From Candidatus Bathyarchaeia archaeon (GTDB lineage: Archaea; Thermoproteota; Bathyarchaeia; Bathyarchaeales; Bathycorpusculaceae), in NCBI GenBank assembly GCA_038883795.1, contig JAVZLK010000011.1, forward strand, positions 1 to 41,627: DNA of 41,627 nucleotides, given 5' to 3'. A model generated the notes under the pieces. That model saw only the letters and a list, made by a program, of their open reading frames with translations, made no database searches and was not told where the DNA came from. The first letter of the stretch is position 1, and every line of letters starts with the position of its first letter. Positions 8,466-18,037 of the stretch are shown here, piece after piece. The translations under genes were made by a program, and so were the position numbers.

Positions 8466-8483
8466 AATTTAAACAATTTTCAC
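8466..8483 (-). promoter_or_regulatory. Putative BRE/TATA promoter of the neck/tail operon
   Basis: Minus strand reads TGAAAAATTG-TTTAAATT, with TATA at 8473-8468, about 37 nt upstream of the adaptor start. Confidence 0.55.
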
Positions 8484-8484
8484 A

Positions 8485-8540
8485 ATAAAAAAGGAAAATT
8501 TAAAAAGCATTTTAGAAAAAAGCAGAAAAGAAAAGACTAA
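8485..8540 (-). terminator. Oligo(T)-rich archaeal terminator region
   Basis: Several T4-T6 runs on the minus strand directly after the stop of the 712-aa gene. Confidence 0.45.
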
Positions 8541-10679
8541 TTACGCTTTTTGTTCCTTTCTTCTTAAGTAGACAATAAAAAGCGTTGAAAGCGTTGTGAA
8601 TAACAGTAAAGCCTTGGTTGATGGGAATTCTGGGATTACGTAGTACATGCATTGGGGCATCGTCCCGTCGAGGGTTGCGTTGTTTTCTAAATAGTCGTAG
8701 GCAACTATTTTGAATTTCACCCATGTTTCCGCGGGCTGTCCAGGGATTGTGGCTTCATATAGTTTTGTTGTTTGGTTTAGGTTCATGGTTTTGTTTTCCC
8801 ATGTGACCCAATCGTTTGTTGTGTAGAATAATGTGACATTTTTTACTCCGCTTTGAGAGTCTGTGACGTTGACTGAAATTTTCACTTCTTGGTCTGGTTC
8901 TACGTCTCCGCTTGGAAATCTGGAAAGGTCTGTTAAAATTGGAGCTTGACTGTCTTCCTTAAATTCTATTGTGAAGTTGGCTTTTGCGCCAATCCTATCA
9001 GTGTAATCGTAGGCTGGATAATCTCCATGAGGCCAAACGCTGCCAGAAACCAAACCCTCAACCTCAACGCCAATGGTGTACACTCCATAATCATTCGCCA
9101 CCAAAGTCCAATTTACCGTGGCGCTGTCTCCAGCCTCCAAAAAGCCCGAATCAACCATTTTCTTTGAGGTTTCTCCAGCAACCAAGCTTAGATTTTGGGG
9201 CAATATTATGGTTGCATTGCAAGAAGCTGCATCATAATCATTTAAGGCGTTTGGAAGAGGTTCCGGATAAGCAATTGTAACGTTTATTTGAAATGGCGCT
9301 TCAGGCTTGATATAAACGGGCGCAGAAACGTTTATGGTCCATGGTAAAGTGTACAGTGCCCAATTGCCAGAATAGGACCAAAGGTCTGAGAATAAAGTAT
9401 AATTAAATGCTATGTTTGGACCGCCATATTTTCCAAGCCATGCCCATGGGTCATGCATGAAAATGTGTGTTTCATTGTAACCCGTTACAACACGATAATG
9501 ACCGTAAACATGGGCTTCGCTATACCACATGAGCAGAATAAGCGGTTTGTCTTGGTTAATGTAGTTTTTAATCTGGTTTAAATCCATATTATGCGCTTCG
9601 AAGGCTGCGTAGCCTAAACTGCGTAAAGTATAGCCAGTAATGTTGTAGTCTGGAATTTCAGCGCCCATGGAGGTGCTGATGTTGCTGAAGTGGGCAGCCC
9701 TTCGCAATTCATCAGTATAAGTTGAATAGAGGGGTTCGCCTATTGTTCTTGCGGCATCTGCTATTTCCAGTTGGTTTATGTCTTCTCCATAATAGTCGAA
9801 AACCATTTCAAGACATGCTGGACCACAATAGTAATCAGTGTCTTGGTAGTGAAATGGAACATCAATAAAATGCGCCACATCTTGCATTTCCAAATAAAAT
9901 GTATACAGAACATCGGCGATTAAGTTTATAGCCATGTTGAGGGATTCTCCGCAACGATTCTTAAAGGTTAAATTATTCCAATCATAGTTTTGGTCCATCC
10001 AGACGCATGTTAAATCGCCGTCAACGTCAAACGTCGTGTCATAAGCAAGTGCCAGTGCGGCATTATAGGCGGAAATTTGGCTTAACTCGCCGTCGAAATT
10101 GAGAAACACGTTAAATTCGTCATCATAACTGTCTGTTCTCGTAAGCACATAATTTTCATAATCAGTATGATGAATCTCAGCGCCCCAATCCGTGCCGGAA
10201 CCCATCACATGACCAAAAACTGCCAAATCAGCAATATAATGGGTCATAACGCCAAGCCTTAAAGAGGCATTAGTCAAATCTCCACTCTTGAAAAGCTCAA
10301 AAGCCTTATCATATTCCTCTCTTGCCCTCTTTGCGGAAGCATCATCCTGCAACGAACCATTAATAAAATAGTAAACATGATGCAAATTCTTGTCGCCTAT
10401 ACCATAGAGAACGGTGCTGTTGTCTGGCAGTTCTGTGCCATAAAGATAAGCCGCAAGATTCTTAACAATAAACCATTTCTCCTCCATCGGCAGCCAATCC
10501 AAAGCATGATGGGCAATCCAATCATGAGTCCCATATTTTGGGTTAGAAGGATCATCACTATAACCACCATTCCCCCAACTGGAAACGGGAGAAACTTGAA
10601 ACCGTAATATTAGGGAACCAAGAAGCAAAAATGTAACTAAAACGAATATAACTCTCCTTTTCAACATTTCTTCCTCCAT
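8541..10679 (-). CDS. Secreted Zn-dependent phospholipase C/P1-nuclease-like plus C39-like peptidase plus Ig-like domains, with PEF-CTERM anchor
   Basis: Signal peptide followed by mature N-terminal W; THDWIAHH, PD, HH, HYIAD, H..YE Zn ligands; QDTDYYCGPAC...GHYRVVTGY...HDPW C39-like triad; VIPEFP, TM helix and basic tail. Confidence 0.85.
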   Translation of the reverse strand: MEEEMLKRRVIFVLVTFLLLGSLILRFQVSPVSSWGNGGYSDDPSNPKYGTHDWIAHHALDWLPMEEKWFIVKNLAAYLYGTELPDNSTVLYGIGDKNLHHVYYFINGSLQDDASAKRAREEYDKAFELFKSGDLTNASLRLGVMTHYIADLAVFGHVMGSGTDWGAEIHHTDYENYVLTRTDSYDDEFNVFLNFDGELSQISAYNAALALAYDTTFDVDGDLTCVWMDQNYDWNNLTFKNRCGESLNMAINLIADVLYTFYLEMQDVAHFIDVPFHYQDTDYYCGPACLEMVFDYYGEDINQLEIADAARTIGEPLYSTYTDELRRAAHFSNISTSMGAEIPDYNITGYTLRSLGYAAFEAHNMDLNQIKNYINQDKPLILLMWYSEAHVYGHYRVVTGYNETHIFMHDPWAWLGKYGGPNIAFNYTLFSDLWSYSGNWALYTLPWTINVSAPVYIKPEAPFQINVTIAYPEPLPNALNDYDAASCNATIILPQNLSLVAGETSKKMVDSGFLEAGDSATVNWTLVANDYGVYTIGVEVEGLVSGSVWPHGDYPAYDYTDRIGAKANFTIEFKEDSQAPILTDLSRFPSGDVEPDQEVKISVNVTDSQSGVKNVTLFYTTNDWVTWENKTMNLNQTTKLYEATIPGQPAETWVKFKIVAYDYLENNATLDGTMPQCMYYVIPEFPSTKALLLFTTLSTLFIVYLRRKEQKA

Positions 10680-10825
10680 GGGTTAACTTAACCTTCAATT
10701 ATTGGTGAATGTTTCTTATAATTCTAAAGGTTAGAACCGTGGTAACTTTTCATTAAAGAATAAGGTTTAAATAATTTCTGTGCTAATCAATTCCGTCTGA
10801 CATGAAATAATTGGGAGTGCGACAT

Positions 10826-11038
10826 ATGGTTAATGAGGGAAAGGGACGCTTGTTCAGGAGGAAAGACGGCAAATACTTGATTTATTTACCGCTTGATTTG
10901 GCTCAGGACAGCATGTTTCCGTTTAAGGAATTCACGAAAACGAAGAGGGGCACAGATTCCATTGCTGTCAAAGTGAGTTTCAAGCTTGGAGACGACAAAC
11001 TAATCATTGAGAAGTGGCAAGAGCCGAAACAGCAATAA
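10826..11038 (+). CDS. Small protein, possibly AbrB/SpoVT-like DNA-binding fold
   Basis: GRLFRRKDGKYLIYLPLDLA...VKVSFKLGDDKLIIEK pattern; upstream TTTAAATA box and GGGAG ribosome-binding site. Confidence 0.55.
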   Translation: MVNEGKGRLFRRKDGKYLIYLPLDLAQDSMFPFKEFTKTKRGTDSIAVKVSFKLGDDKLIIEKWQEPKQQ

Positions 11039-11070
11039 AAATTGGGTGCTTTGCCGTCTTTATTTTGCCT

Positions 11071-12673
11071 TTAACGTTTTCTTTTGCGAGTTAGCAGTGT
11101 TAATAGCGTGGATGTTGCGAGTATTGGAAGTATTAGTTGTGGCGGGAATTCTGGAATCACGTGATATCTGTATTCTTGTCCTAAATCTTGGGTTGTGATT
11201 GTGTTGTTGAAGTTGTCTTCGGCTATGATTATGTAGGTTACGTTTGTACAGTATGGAAGGGCGGGTATTGTGCCATTGTAGAGGTTTCCTTCAAGATTAG
11301 CCATGACCACTGTTCCATTCCATGTTCCAGTGGCATTAGTGTAAGTGTAGTTTAGCGTTACCTGTTTTACTCCGCTTAAGTCGTCGGTAACATTAGCATA
11401 AACCATAACCTCATTTTCTGGATAAACACTGTCGTTAGCTGGTTGCTGATGCACATTCTCTATTGAAGGCGGAGTAATATCCACCAGAGTTTGGAAAACG
11501 TAAAGGCTATCATAGCCAGGACCCGCCACTGCAGTTATGATGCCGTTTCCAGACATGGAAATTAATGGACTTGATTGGGGTAAATCAAATTCTTCTATCA
11601 CTTCGCCATTACCCTTAAGGATCATCACTTATGGCAACATCAAATATCTGACTATTGAGGCTATGCCAGTCCTCACTTATCCACCCTGACAAACTCCTTG
11701 CATTAGACCAGAAATACAATCCTCCATGGTATAGGTCATCGGAGCCAGCTATAACCTCGTTGCCGTCAGAGCTTAGGTCCACGCAGACGAATGATTCATA
11801 ATGGTTCCATGAAGGTTCTGGGTCGCCTGTCAAGTTTGTGGCGTTTGCCCAATAGTGGAGAGTTGTCGCATAGTTGGTTACTGCCGCAACAGCATAACCG
11901 TCATCAGAAACTTCAATATCCACCACGTAACAGCCACTATAATTTAATGCGCTATGAGCAATCCAAATGGGATCATAGTATCCTGATGCAGTATTTGCGT
12001 CTTCGTAAACGGCTACAAAACCATTATGCAAATCGCTACGGTTTTCCCCTCCTACAGCCACATATTTGCCATCTGAAGACATGTCGACAGCTCGTATATC
12101 ATTTACAGGTAGCCAATTACCCCATGTATAATCTTCGTCTTCGCCATATCTACTGGTGCACTCAGCATAATACCACACATTTGGTCCCGTGCCACCTCCT
12201 ACAACATATTCTCCGTCATCGGACATGTCTAATGTGCCTCTTTCCATGGGTCCCAAAAGCCACATGCTCGTCCATGTGGGAGTTAAGCGCTCACCAGTTG
12301 TTGCACGGGAATTGTTAAAGTAACGTAGATACCCATCATTGCTGCCCGTAACCACATATTCGCCGTTAGCGGATATGGCCACAGATAGGAGAGTTGTTGC
12401 TGGATACCACCATTTTGGAGTTGAAATGTTCCATTCAAAATAGTACAAGCCCGTCTCATTAACAGCGGCTATATAATTGCCGTCTTTTGAAACTGCCACG
12501 TCATATACGCTCATAGAATTGTTCCAAAGCATAAGTATTCCATAAATTTTCGAAAGTGGCTGGTCTATGCCATCGGGTGCTTTCACTTCAACAGTATAAA
12601 ACCCATAGAAGAGCATGGCAGACAGCAAAGCAGTTAGGCTTAGAATCAAAACATATTTTGTTTTCATAGGCAT
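11071..12673 (-). pseudogene. Split WD40-like beta-propeller surface protein with Ig-like domain and PEF-CTERM anchor
   Basis: ORF 11615-12673 has a signal peptide and blades (VAVSKDG, VAISANG, DMSDDG, DMSSDG, EVSDDG, DLSSDG) and stops at DVAISDDP. ORF 11071-11628 continues in another frame (ISMSGNG blade, Ig-like domain, VIPEFP-TM-RKRKR). Confidence 0.7.
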
Positions 12674-12749
12674 CGCCCACCATTTTCTTTGATTCAGTTT
12701 TTATAACTTTTGGAAAATTTAGCTCCGAAAAGAGATAAAAAGAAGGATT

Positions 12750-12989
12750 TTATGGCTTTGCCGTGTCCACAAGCTTCTGCAGCCAAACAGTTATGGCTGT
12801 TGGACCAACAAGGGCTGTGTAAACGTCGAAGGTCATGCCAGCCATGTCAAGTCCAAGGGCTGAAAATGTGCCTATGGCTAGTGTTCGCAGAAACTTTCGC
12901 CAGTTAAAAGGCTTGTCTTGTGCTGCATAGCCCAAAAAAGCGTAGATTAGGGCTGCGCAAACTCCTAAACTTATGTTTAATACGTTCAT
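12750..12989 (-). CDS. Small membrane protein, holin-like
   Basis: 79 aa with 2-3 hydrophobic helices and an FNWRKFLRT motif; last gene of the head block; strong GGAGGTGA ribosome-binding site. Confidence 0.55.
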   Translation of the reverse strand: MNVLNISLGVCAALIYAFLGYAAQDKPFNWRKFLRTLAIGTFSALGLDMAGMTFDVYTALVGPTAITVWLQKLVDTAKP

Positions 12990-13092
12990 TTTTTCACCTC
13001 CCTTTTAGGCTTTTATTTTGGTTTCCCGCCTCCAAGGAAGCGCATACGCCATTTAACCCGTGAGGGAGAAAGGAGAAAGGCTAAAAACTGCT

Positions 13093-14310
13093 TCATTTTT
13101 TTGCGCTTTCCATGGAGGTTTCAGGCTTTTCCCAAAGCTGCCAACCAAACTTTACGGCGTTCTTGCGAAACTCTTCTTGACGAATGAGCCCAAGCTCAGC
13201 AGCCTTAAGCATGTCAGCCATAACAATTTCTGGCACCTTTTCACATCCCCAGTTTAAGCGAACCTGCGCCTCTGCTGGGTTGAAGCCTGCTTGAGCCAAA
13301 ACTGGATTAAAGATTTCACGTTCAACTTGCCGCTTAATGTATCGCTGAATAGGTTTGATGAGCATGCTTTGGAGGTCTAAGGCTGCTTTTGCAGAGGCTT
13401 CCGTAAAGCCCGGAGTGCTGAAAAGGCGTGGCAATGGGGTTTCGCATCCGAGATAGAACTGGTTTATTATGTGTTCAATGTAGTATTCGAAGCGGGCTCT
13501 CGGGTCAAGGGTTAAGGGTTTTATGTCTCCTTTTCCGCTGTAGAAAAGCCAGGCGCCTTCTTCGCCGCGGCTTTTTATGGCTTTCTCAAACTTTTGGATT
13601 GTGGCTTCGTCTGCCCTTTCCAACAGCGCCAAAACGTCTGGTCCAGCATATTTTTCAAAAATTTTTGGCATTATACGCTCAATTTTTGCCTTCATCCAAG
13701 CATAGGCTGGACGGTGGTCAGACTGGAATGTGAGCGAATGCAGGAGCACTTGTAAGACGCCAGTTCCGAAACTTGAAGTGCCAATATGGTTTATTCTCCA
13801 GTGGATTATGGCTTCGGACTTTAGGTTTTCGCCGCCGTAACTTTGCCTAAGCTTATAACTTTCAACCTTGTATGGAAGCCTTAATGCGCCATCTTGAATG
13901 TAGGTTTGTTCAATGCGCTCCACAGCATCCACTGGAAGCCTATGCAGCTCCTTTAGGCGTTCAGGGGTAATCTTAAGCCAAAACTCGTTTCCACAAGCAA
14001 TCAAGATGCGCGCCATATCGCAGAGGAGCGCATCCAAATTAACATTTTCATTAAACTTGTCCACAACCCTTTTCGCTTCCTCAGCCTGCTCGTAGGCTTC
14101 ATTAACAGTCGTGTAGAAGCCCATGCCAACGGCGGATGCCGCTAATAAATCAACGCTTGCCTTGCATGTGGGGTCTCGCTCATAAAGCTTTATGACATCG
14201 CTAAGCGGGATGCTTGGCGTTTCATAAACAGTTGATGATTGCGGATAGGCGTATCCGCTTCGGGCTTTAAGGGAAAAAGCCTCAAGTAAGCGTTTCAAAA
14301 TTTTGTTCAC
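13093..14310 (-). CDS. Portal protein
   Basis: LYERDPTCKASVDLLA, LIACGNEFW, IIHWR...FGTG, IKPIQRYIKRQVE..IF motifs; 405 aa. Confidence 0.88.
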   Translation of the reverse strand: MNKILKRLLEAFSLKARSGYAYPQSSTVYETPSIPLSDVIKLYERDPTCKASVDLLAASAVGMGFYTTVNEAYEQAEEAKRVVDKFNENVNLDALLCDMARILIACGNEFWLKITPERLKELHRLPVDAVERIEQTYIQDGALRLPYKVESYKLRQSYGGENLKSEAIIHWRINHIGTSSFGTGVLQVLLHSLTFQSDHRPAYAWMKAKIERIMPKIFEKYAGPDVLALLERADEATIQKFEKAIKSRGEEGAWLFYSGKGDIKPLTLDPRARFEYYIEHIINQFYLGCETPLPRLFSTPGFTEASAKAALDLQSMLIKPIQRYIKRQVEREIFNPVLAQAGFNPAEAQVRLNWGCEKVPEIVMADMLKAAELGLIRQEEFRKNAVKFGWQLWEKPETSMESAKK

Positions 14311-14555
14311 TCCAAACCCTCCAAAAGTTTAGCGCCTTTCTCGGTAATCACGTAAGGAGCCCGATGCTTCTGGTCGCTTTTCTGCACATAACCATTCTGA
14401 ACAAGATAGTGGAATATGCCCTCAAAAGTAGCATGAGTCCCAAACTTTTTAACAGTTCTTTTTTCAAGCTCGGTTCTACAAAGGGGCTGCCTACTGAGCT
14501 CCTTTAGTACGGTTTTGGCTAAATGCAATCTATCCCGCAAATTTCTCATGTGCAA
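14307..14555 (-). CDS. Winged helix-turn-helix protein
   Basis: YLVQNGYV...YVITEKGAKLLE wHTH signature. Confidence 0.8.
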   Translation of the reverse strand: MHMRNLRDRLHLAKTVLKELSRQPLCRTELEKRTVKKFGTHATFEGIFHYLVQNGYVQKSDQKHRAPYVITEKGAKLLEGLE

Positions 14556-14800
14556 ACAACCTCCACGGGTTTTCGGGTACTAAAAAATGGGGGAAAATGA
14601 CGAGCACAAACCATTAGAACAGCCAAGTCTCTTTTGCCATCAGCCGCATAAGTCGTGGGCGCCAAGTCTGGATTGTAAGGCTCCATTTCAGCCCCGCATA
14701 ATGGACAAAGCCTAAAACAGTGGCAGACAATGATGTCATCCTTGCGGTTTGAATGATGTGTTTTTCCGCAGGATGGGCATTTGCCTTCAAACTTTGACAT
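14546..14800 (-). CDS. Small Cys/His-rich Zn-finger protein
   Basis: CPSC, CHC..CPLC, C..H motifs. Confidence 0.7.
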   Translation of the reverse strand: MSKFEGKCPSCGKTHHSNRKDDIIVCHCFRLCPLCGAEMEPYNPDLAPTTYAADGKRDLAVLMVCARHFPPFFSTRKPVEVVCT

Positions 14801-14829
14801 TTTGACCTAGCCTATATCCGCTTTTATGG

Positions 14830-15783
14830 TTATAGCGAAGTGCTAATGTTGACCATTTTTGCAACCGCCTTGCTTCTTAGAACGCCTAAGCCGAAGCGTG
14901 TTGTTGCTCTAACGCCGAACTTGCCACTTTTTGGGTCTTCCCAATCTTCGACGGTTATGTCTCTTCGCAAGAGCATGACAGCAGCCACACGGGTGTCTAT
15001 GGCGTAGGCTGTTCCGTTAGGCACTAAAGTGCTGGCTAAAACCTTCATGCCTAAAACGCTGCCAATAACACCGCGTTCCAAATCCACCTGTTCTGATGGC
15101 AAGTATTGGGCGTGGATGAATTTGTCATCGCTTAAAAGCTGATGCAACTGGATTTCGTTAACGGCTAAGACTGTTGGACGCCAATTTTCCCCTCTAACAG
15201 CATTATGAAGCTTCAGCACTCCAGACCAGTTGATGGCGTTTCCTCCATTATCTATGGGGGCTCCGCCGGCCAAGTCCGCATTTGCAATGGCGCCGTACAA
15301 TTCAAGTATTTTGTTTGTTTCCGCCTCGCCTAAGGCTCTTCCAACCTTTTCGGTCATGCTTTCCATAACGTTCCATGTAGCATCTTCTAAAAACTCCCTT
15401 GTCCACTCTTCAGAGGCTTCAGCAATAATATTGGTGTAAACGTCAACAGTGCTGATTTTCTTGCCACTCAGCCTAGTATAGGCGCCTTCAGCATAACGAT
15501 ACGCAATAGCCTTCTCATCAAGTGGAAAACGCTCCATGGATTCTGTTGTTGGTTTAACGGTTATGATTTCTCTACCTATCATTTCAGGGTTTGCCGCCTC
15601 AACAAGGGTGTCGTGCATTCTTCCCAAAGCGCCAGTCATGTCGCTGAACATGTGTTCTTTAATGCCGACTTCACAGTAACGCTTGAGAAAAGGATGCGTA
15701 GCCGCCTTATGCTTCAGCTCCTCCATAAGCTGCCTAAACTCTGGGTCGGAGTGCATGAGACTCTCAAAAAGTTTTGGTCGCAT
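14830..15783 (-). CDS. Major capsid protein (HK97 fold)
   Basis: EWTREFLEDA, IGSVLGMKVLASTLVPNGTAY, ATTRFGLGVLRSKAVAKM motifs; ATG 15783 behind AGGTGA. Confidence 0.92.
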   Translation of the reverse strand: MRPKLFESLMHSDPEFRQLMEELKHKAATHPFLKRYCEVGIKEHMFSDMTGALGRMHDTLVEAANPEMIGREIITVKPTTESMERFPLDEKAIAYRYAEGAYTRLSGKKISTVDVYTNIIAEASEEWTREFLEDATWNVMESMTEKVGRALGEAETNKILELYGAIANADLAGGAPIDNGGNAINWSGVLKLHNAVRGENWRPTVLAVNEIQLHQLLSDDKFIHAQYLPSEQVDLERGVIGSVLGMKVLASTLVPNGTAYAIDTRVAAVMLLRRDITVEDWEDPKSGKFGVRATTRFGLGVLRSKAVAKMVNISTSL

Positions 15784-15788
15784 AGCAA

Positions 15789-16220
15789 TCACCTTTCCAC
15801 ATAAATGAAGATTAGGTCGTCTGCAGCCGAAGCGGATTCAAGGGCTATTCCAAGTTTTCGGGCGTAGTAAATGGTGTATTGGGCTGTTCCGCCTTCGTTT
15901 ACGGACTGATCTGTTAATTGAAGAATTCTTTTGGAAGAGTCAGCTCCATAAACTGCTTTTCCACGAGTTACAGCTCCGCCAACTTTCACTTTAACTCTTC
16001 CACGAATCAAGACTGGACACGGGTCGCCTTGAGCAGCATTTTTGAGGGCTATTCCGATGCAGTCTTGGGCTGCTGTGGCTGGGCTAACCTTGTCATCAGC
16101 GCTTAGGTAAACTGGATCGCCTTTGGTTATGGCTGCATTAGCCACAAAAGTTTCGATTATGGCGTTTGGGTCATCTGTTTCGCCAATGCTCATCCAAGTT
16201 TTTCCAGTGTTATCTGCCAT
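15789..16220 (-). CDS. DUF2190-like capsid decoration/cement protein
   Basis: AAITKGDPV...IGIALKNAAQGDPCPV..RG...LGIALESASAADDLI; directly upstream of the capsid gene. Confidence 0.8.
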   Translation of the reverse strand: MADNTGKTWMSIGETDDPNAIIETFVANAAITKGDPVYLSADDKVSPATAAQDCIGIALKNAAQGDPCPVLIRGRVKVKVGGAVTRGKAVYGADSSKRILQLTDQSVNEGGTAQYTIYYARKLGIALESASAADDLIFIYVER

Positions 16221-16294
16221 AAAAATCACTCCTTAAATCCATTATTGTTTCAGCCAGTTCATCCTGGCTTACTCCAAAAACTATACTTCCACTT

Positions 16295-17920
16295 TTAACC
16301 ATCAAGTTTTGCCCTCCTACGAAGGTTTAATATGACACTGCGGAGTTCTTGGCAAAGCCTTTGGGGACCCAAACCCCAGCTTCTTTCTACCATAGGACTT
16401 GGCAAAACATTCTGAATCATGCGTATGGCTTCTTCCACTGGAATCATAGCCCTAGAATTCTTTATGAAACCTTCACTAACTTTAACATCGCTTTCGGTTT
16501 TTCCAGCAAAATCCCTTTCAAGCTTTTCAATGCGGCTTGTCAAAATATTGATGGCATCCTCAACTTCCCCCATGACATCTTCAATGCTGGCTATGAGCTC
16601 ATCCATGGTTGGCTCCAAAGAAAACGCAAAATCTGCATTAGCTGTTTTGTCTTCGCCCTCCTGCTCCAAAAGCTTTTCCTCTTCAGCAGAAGCGCCAACT
16701 CCAAGCCTTTTCTTGTGGGTTGCCAAATGCTTCATGGCTTGCTGCTTATAAGCTGTGGGAATTTCGCTTTGAGGCAACCGAGCATTGGCATTTCTTAAAT
16801 GCGGCAAGTCGATTGTGCCGTCTGCAGTGTGATGGGGAAACTTTCTGATAGTTTTGCCGCTTTCCTTATAAACCACGGCGAAGGCTGAGTCTGGAAGGGC
16901 ATTAATGTATTTGCGAGTCCAAATTCGCTCAAAAAGCTTTTTACCGCCAATTTTTCCACGCTCTTTCATTGACATCTGCAATGGCTCAGAGGCGCCTGCC
17001 GAAGCCATATAATGTGGATGGAGAAGGAGCCAGTCTCGAATTTTTGCTTCGTTCCACATCTTCTCTTTAGCGAAGAATATGCTTTGAACCCTTTGGGTTT
17101 CAGGTTCAGCCCGCAACCTTCCGATTAGGGCTAAAACGCCATTTTCTTTGTCAAGCCAAACGGTGCTGAAGTGTTCGGGCAGAAAAGCCGAAACATCTTG
17201 ACAAAAGCCTAGAATATATTCGCCGGAAATTATGGGCTCAAACGCTTGCTCCCTAAGCTTTAGCTTTTCCATTATTTGAATGTTTGTTTCTGGAACCCCT
17301 GGCACAGCCACAAGGCTTAATTCTGCATTATGTAAGCCATGCGGGATTTTTCCATCAACAACATCTATTGTTTCATAGTCTGCGCCGACGCTCACGTGCC
17401 CGATTAAGCCTTTGCGAATTTTCTCTGCTATCTCATCATCATATATTTCGGCTTCATACCAAAGGTTGGTGCCATCCCATTCAGCCTTAACAATTTTTCC
17501 AACAGCGTTTGGAACAGCCACATGCTCAACATAAACGGGCGCAGAAACAAGCTTTTGGGCGAAGGCCTGCAGTTCTTCAGGAGCGTAAATGTTAAGGTTT
17601 CGACTCATGCCAACCTTAAGCGCAATGCCACGAATCTTTAATGGTTTGTCGACGATTTTCTCCAAAACCTTGATGGCGAAGGAAGCCTCGCCTTTCTGAT
17701 GTTTTTCAAACCATGCCTTAGCCTTTTCAAGGGTCCAGCCCTTTGCAATCTCGAATAAATAGCTTTGAACAGCCATCCCTTCTTTGCCCTTTGGCTTGCC
17801 AACAACAGCCTTAATCCCCTCATCCTCGCTAAGCGTGATTGTGCGTAAACTGTTTTGTTCAAACTCTTCTGGGCTGCGGTGTCCGCTGCGAATATACTGG
17901 TCGGTTATTTCCCAAGGCAA
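16295..17920 (-). CDS. Prohead protease/scaffold multidomain protein
   Basis: Protease core (IRGIA..GMSRN.NIY, VEH, GHVSVG, ELSLVAVPG), duplicated ~75-aa domain, LPDSAFA...HLRNA.AR domain, acidic coiled coil. Confidence 0.85.
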   Translation of the reverse strand: MPWEITDQYIRSGHRSPEEFEQNSLRTITLSEDEGIKAVVGKPKGKEGMAVQSYLFEIAKGWTLEKAKAWFEKHQKGEASFAIKVLEKIVDKPLKIRGIALKVGMSRNLNIYAPEELQAFAQKLVSAPVYVEHVAVPNAVGKIVKAEWDGTNLWYEAEIYDDEIAEKIRKGLIGHVSVGADYETIDVVDGKIPHGLHNAELSLVAVPGVPETNIQIMEKLKLREQAFEPIISGEYILGFCQDVSAFLPEHFSTVWLDKENGVLALIGRLRAEPETQRVQSIFFAKEKMWNEAKIRDWLLLHPHYMASAGASEPLQMSMKERGKIGGKKLFERIWTRKYINALPDSAFAVVYKESGKTIRKFPHHTADGTIDLPHLRNANARLPQSEIPTAYKQQAMKHLATHKKRLGVGASAEEEKLLEQEGEDKTANADFAFSLEPTMDELIASIEDVMGEVEDAINILTSRIEKLERDFAGKTESDVKVSEGFIKNSRAMIPVEEAIRMIQNVLPSPMVERSWGLGPQRLCQELRSVILNLRRRAKLDG

Positions 17921-18037
17921 GCATAACCAGCCTCACACAACTAACACCAAACTAATATACGAAGAAAATGAAAAGGCGAATTGTACAACCCAAAAGCCCA
18001 CAAAAGCACCAACAAGAGGGGCTGAGAGAGTGGTTGA

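Noticed and set aside
8512-8724. 70-aa minus-strand ORF
   Set aside because: Alternative frame overlapping the PEF-CTERM end of the 712-aa gene.
14830-15783. Encapsulin nanocompartment
   Set aside because: The HK97-fold gene comes with portal, protease, neck and tail genes.
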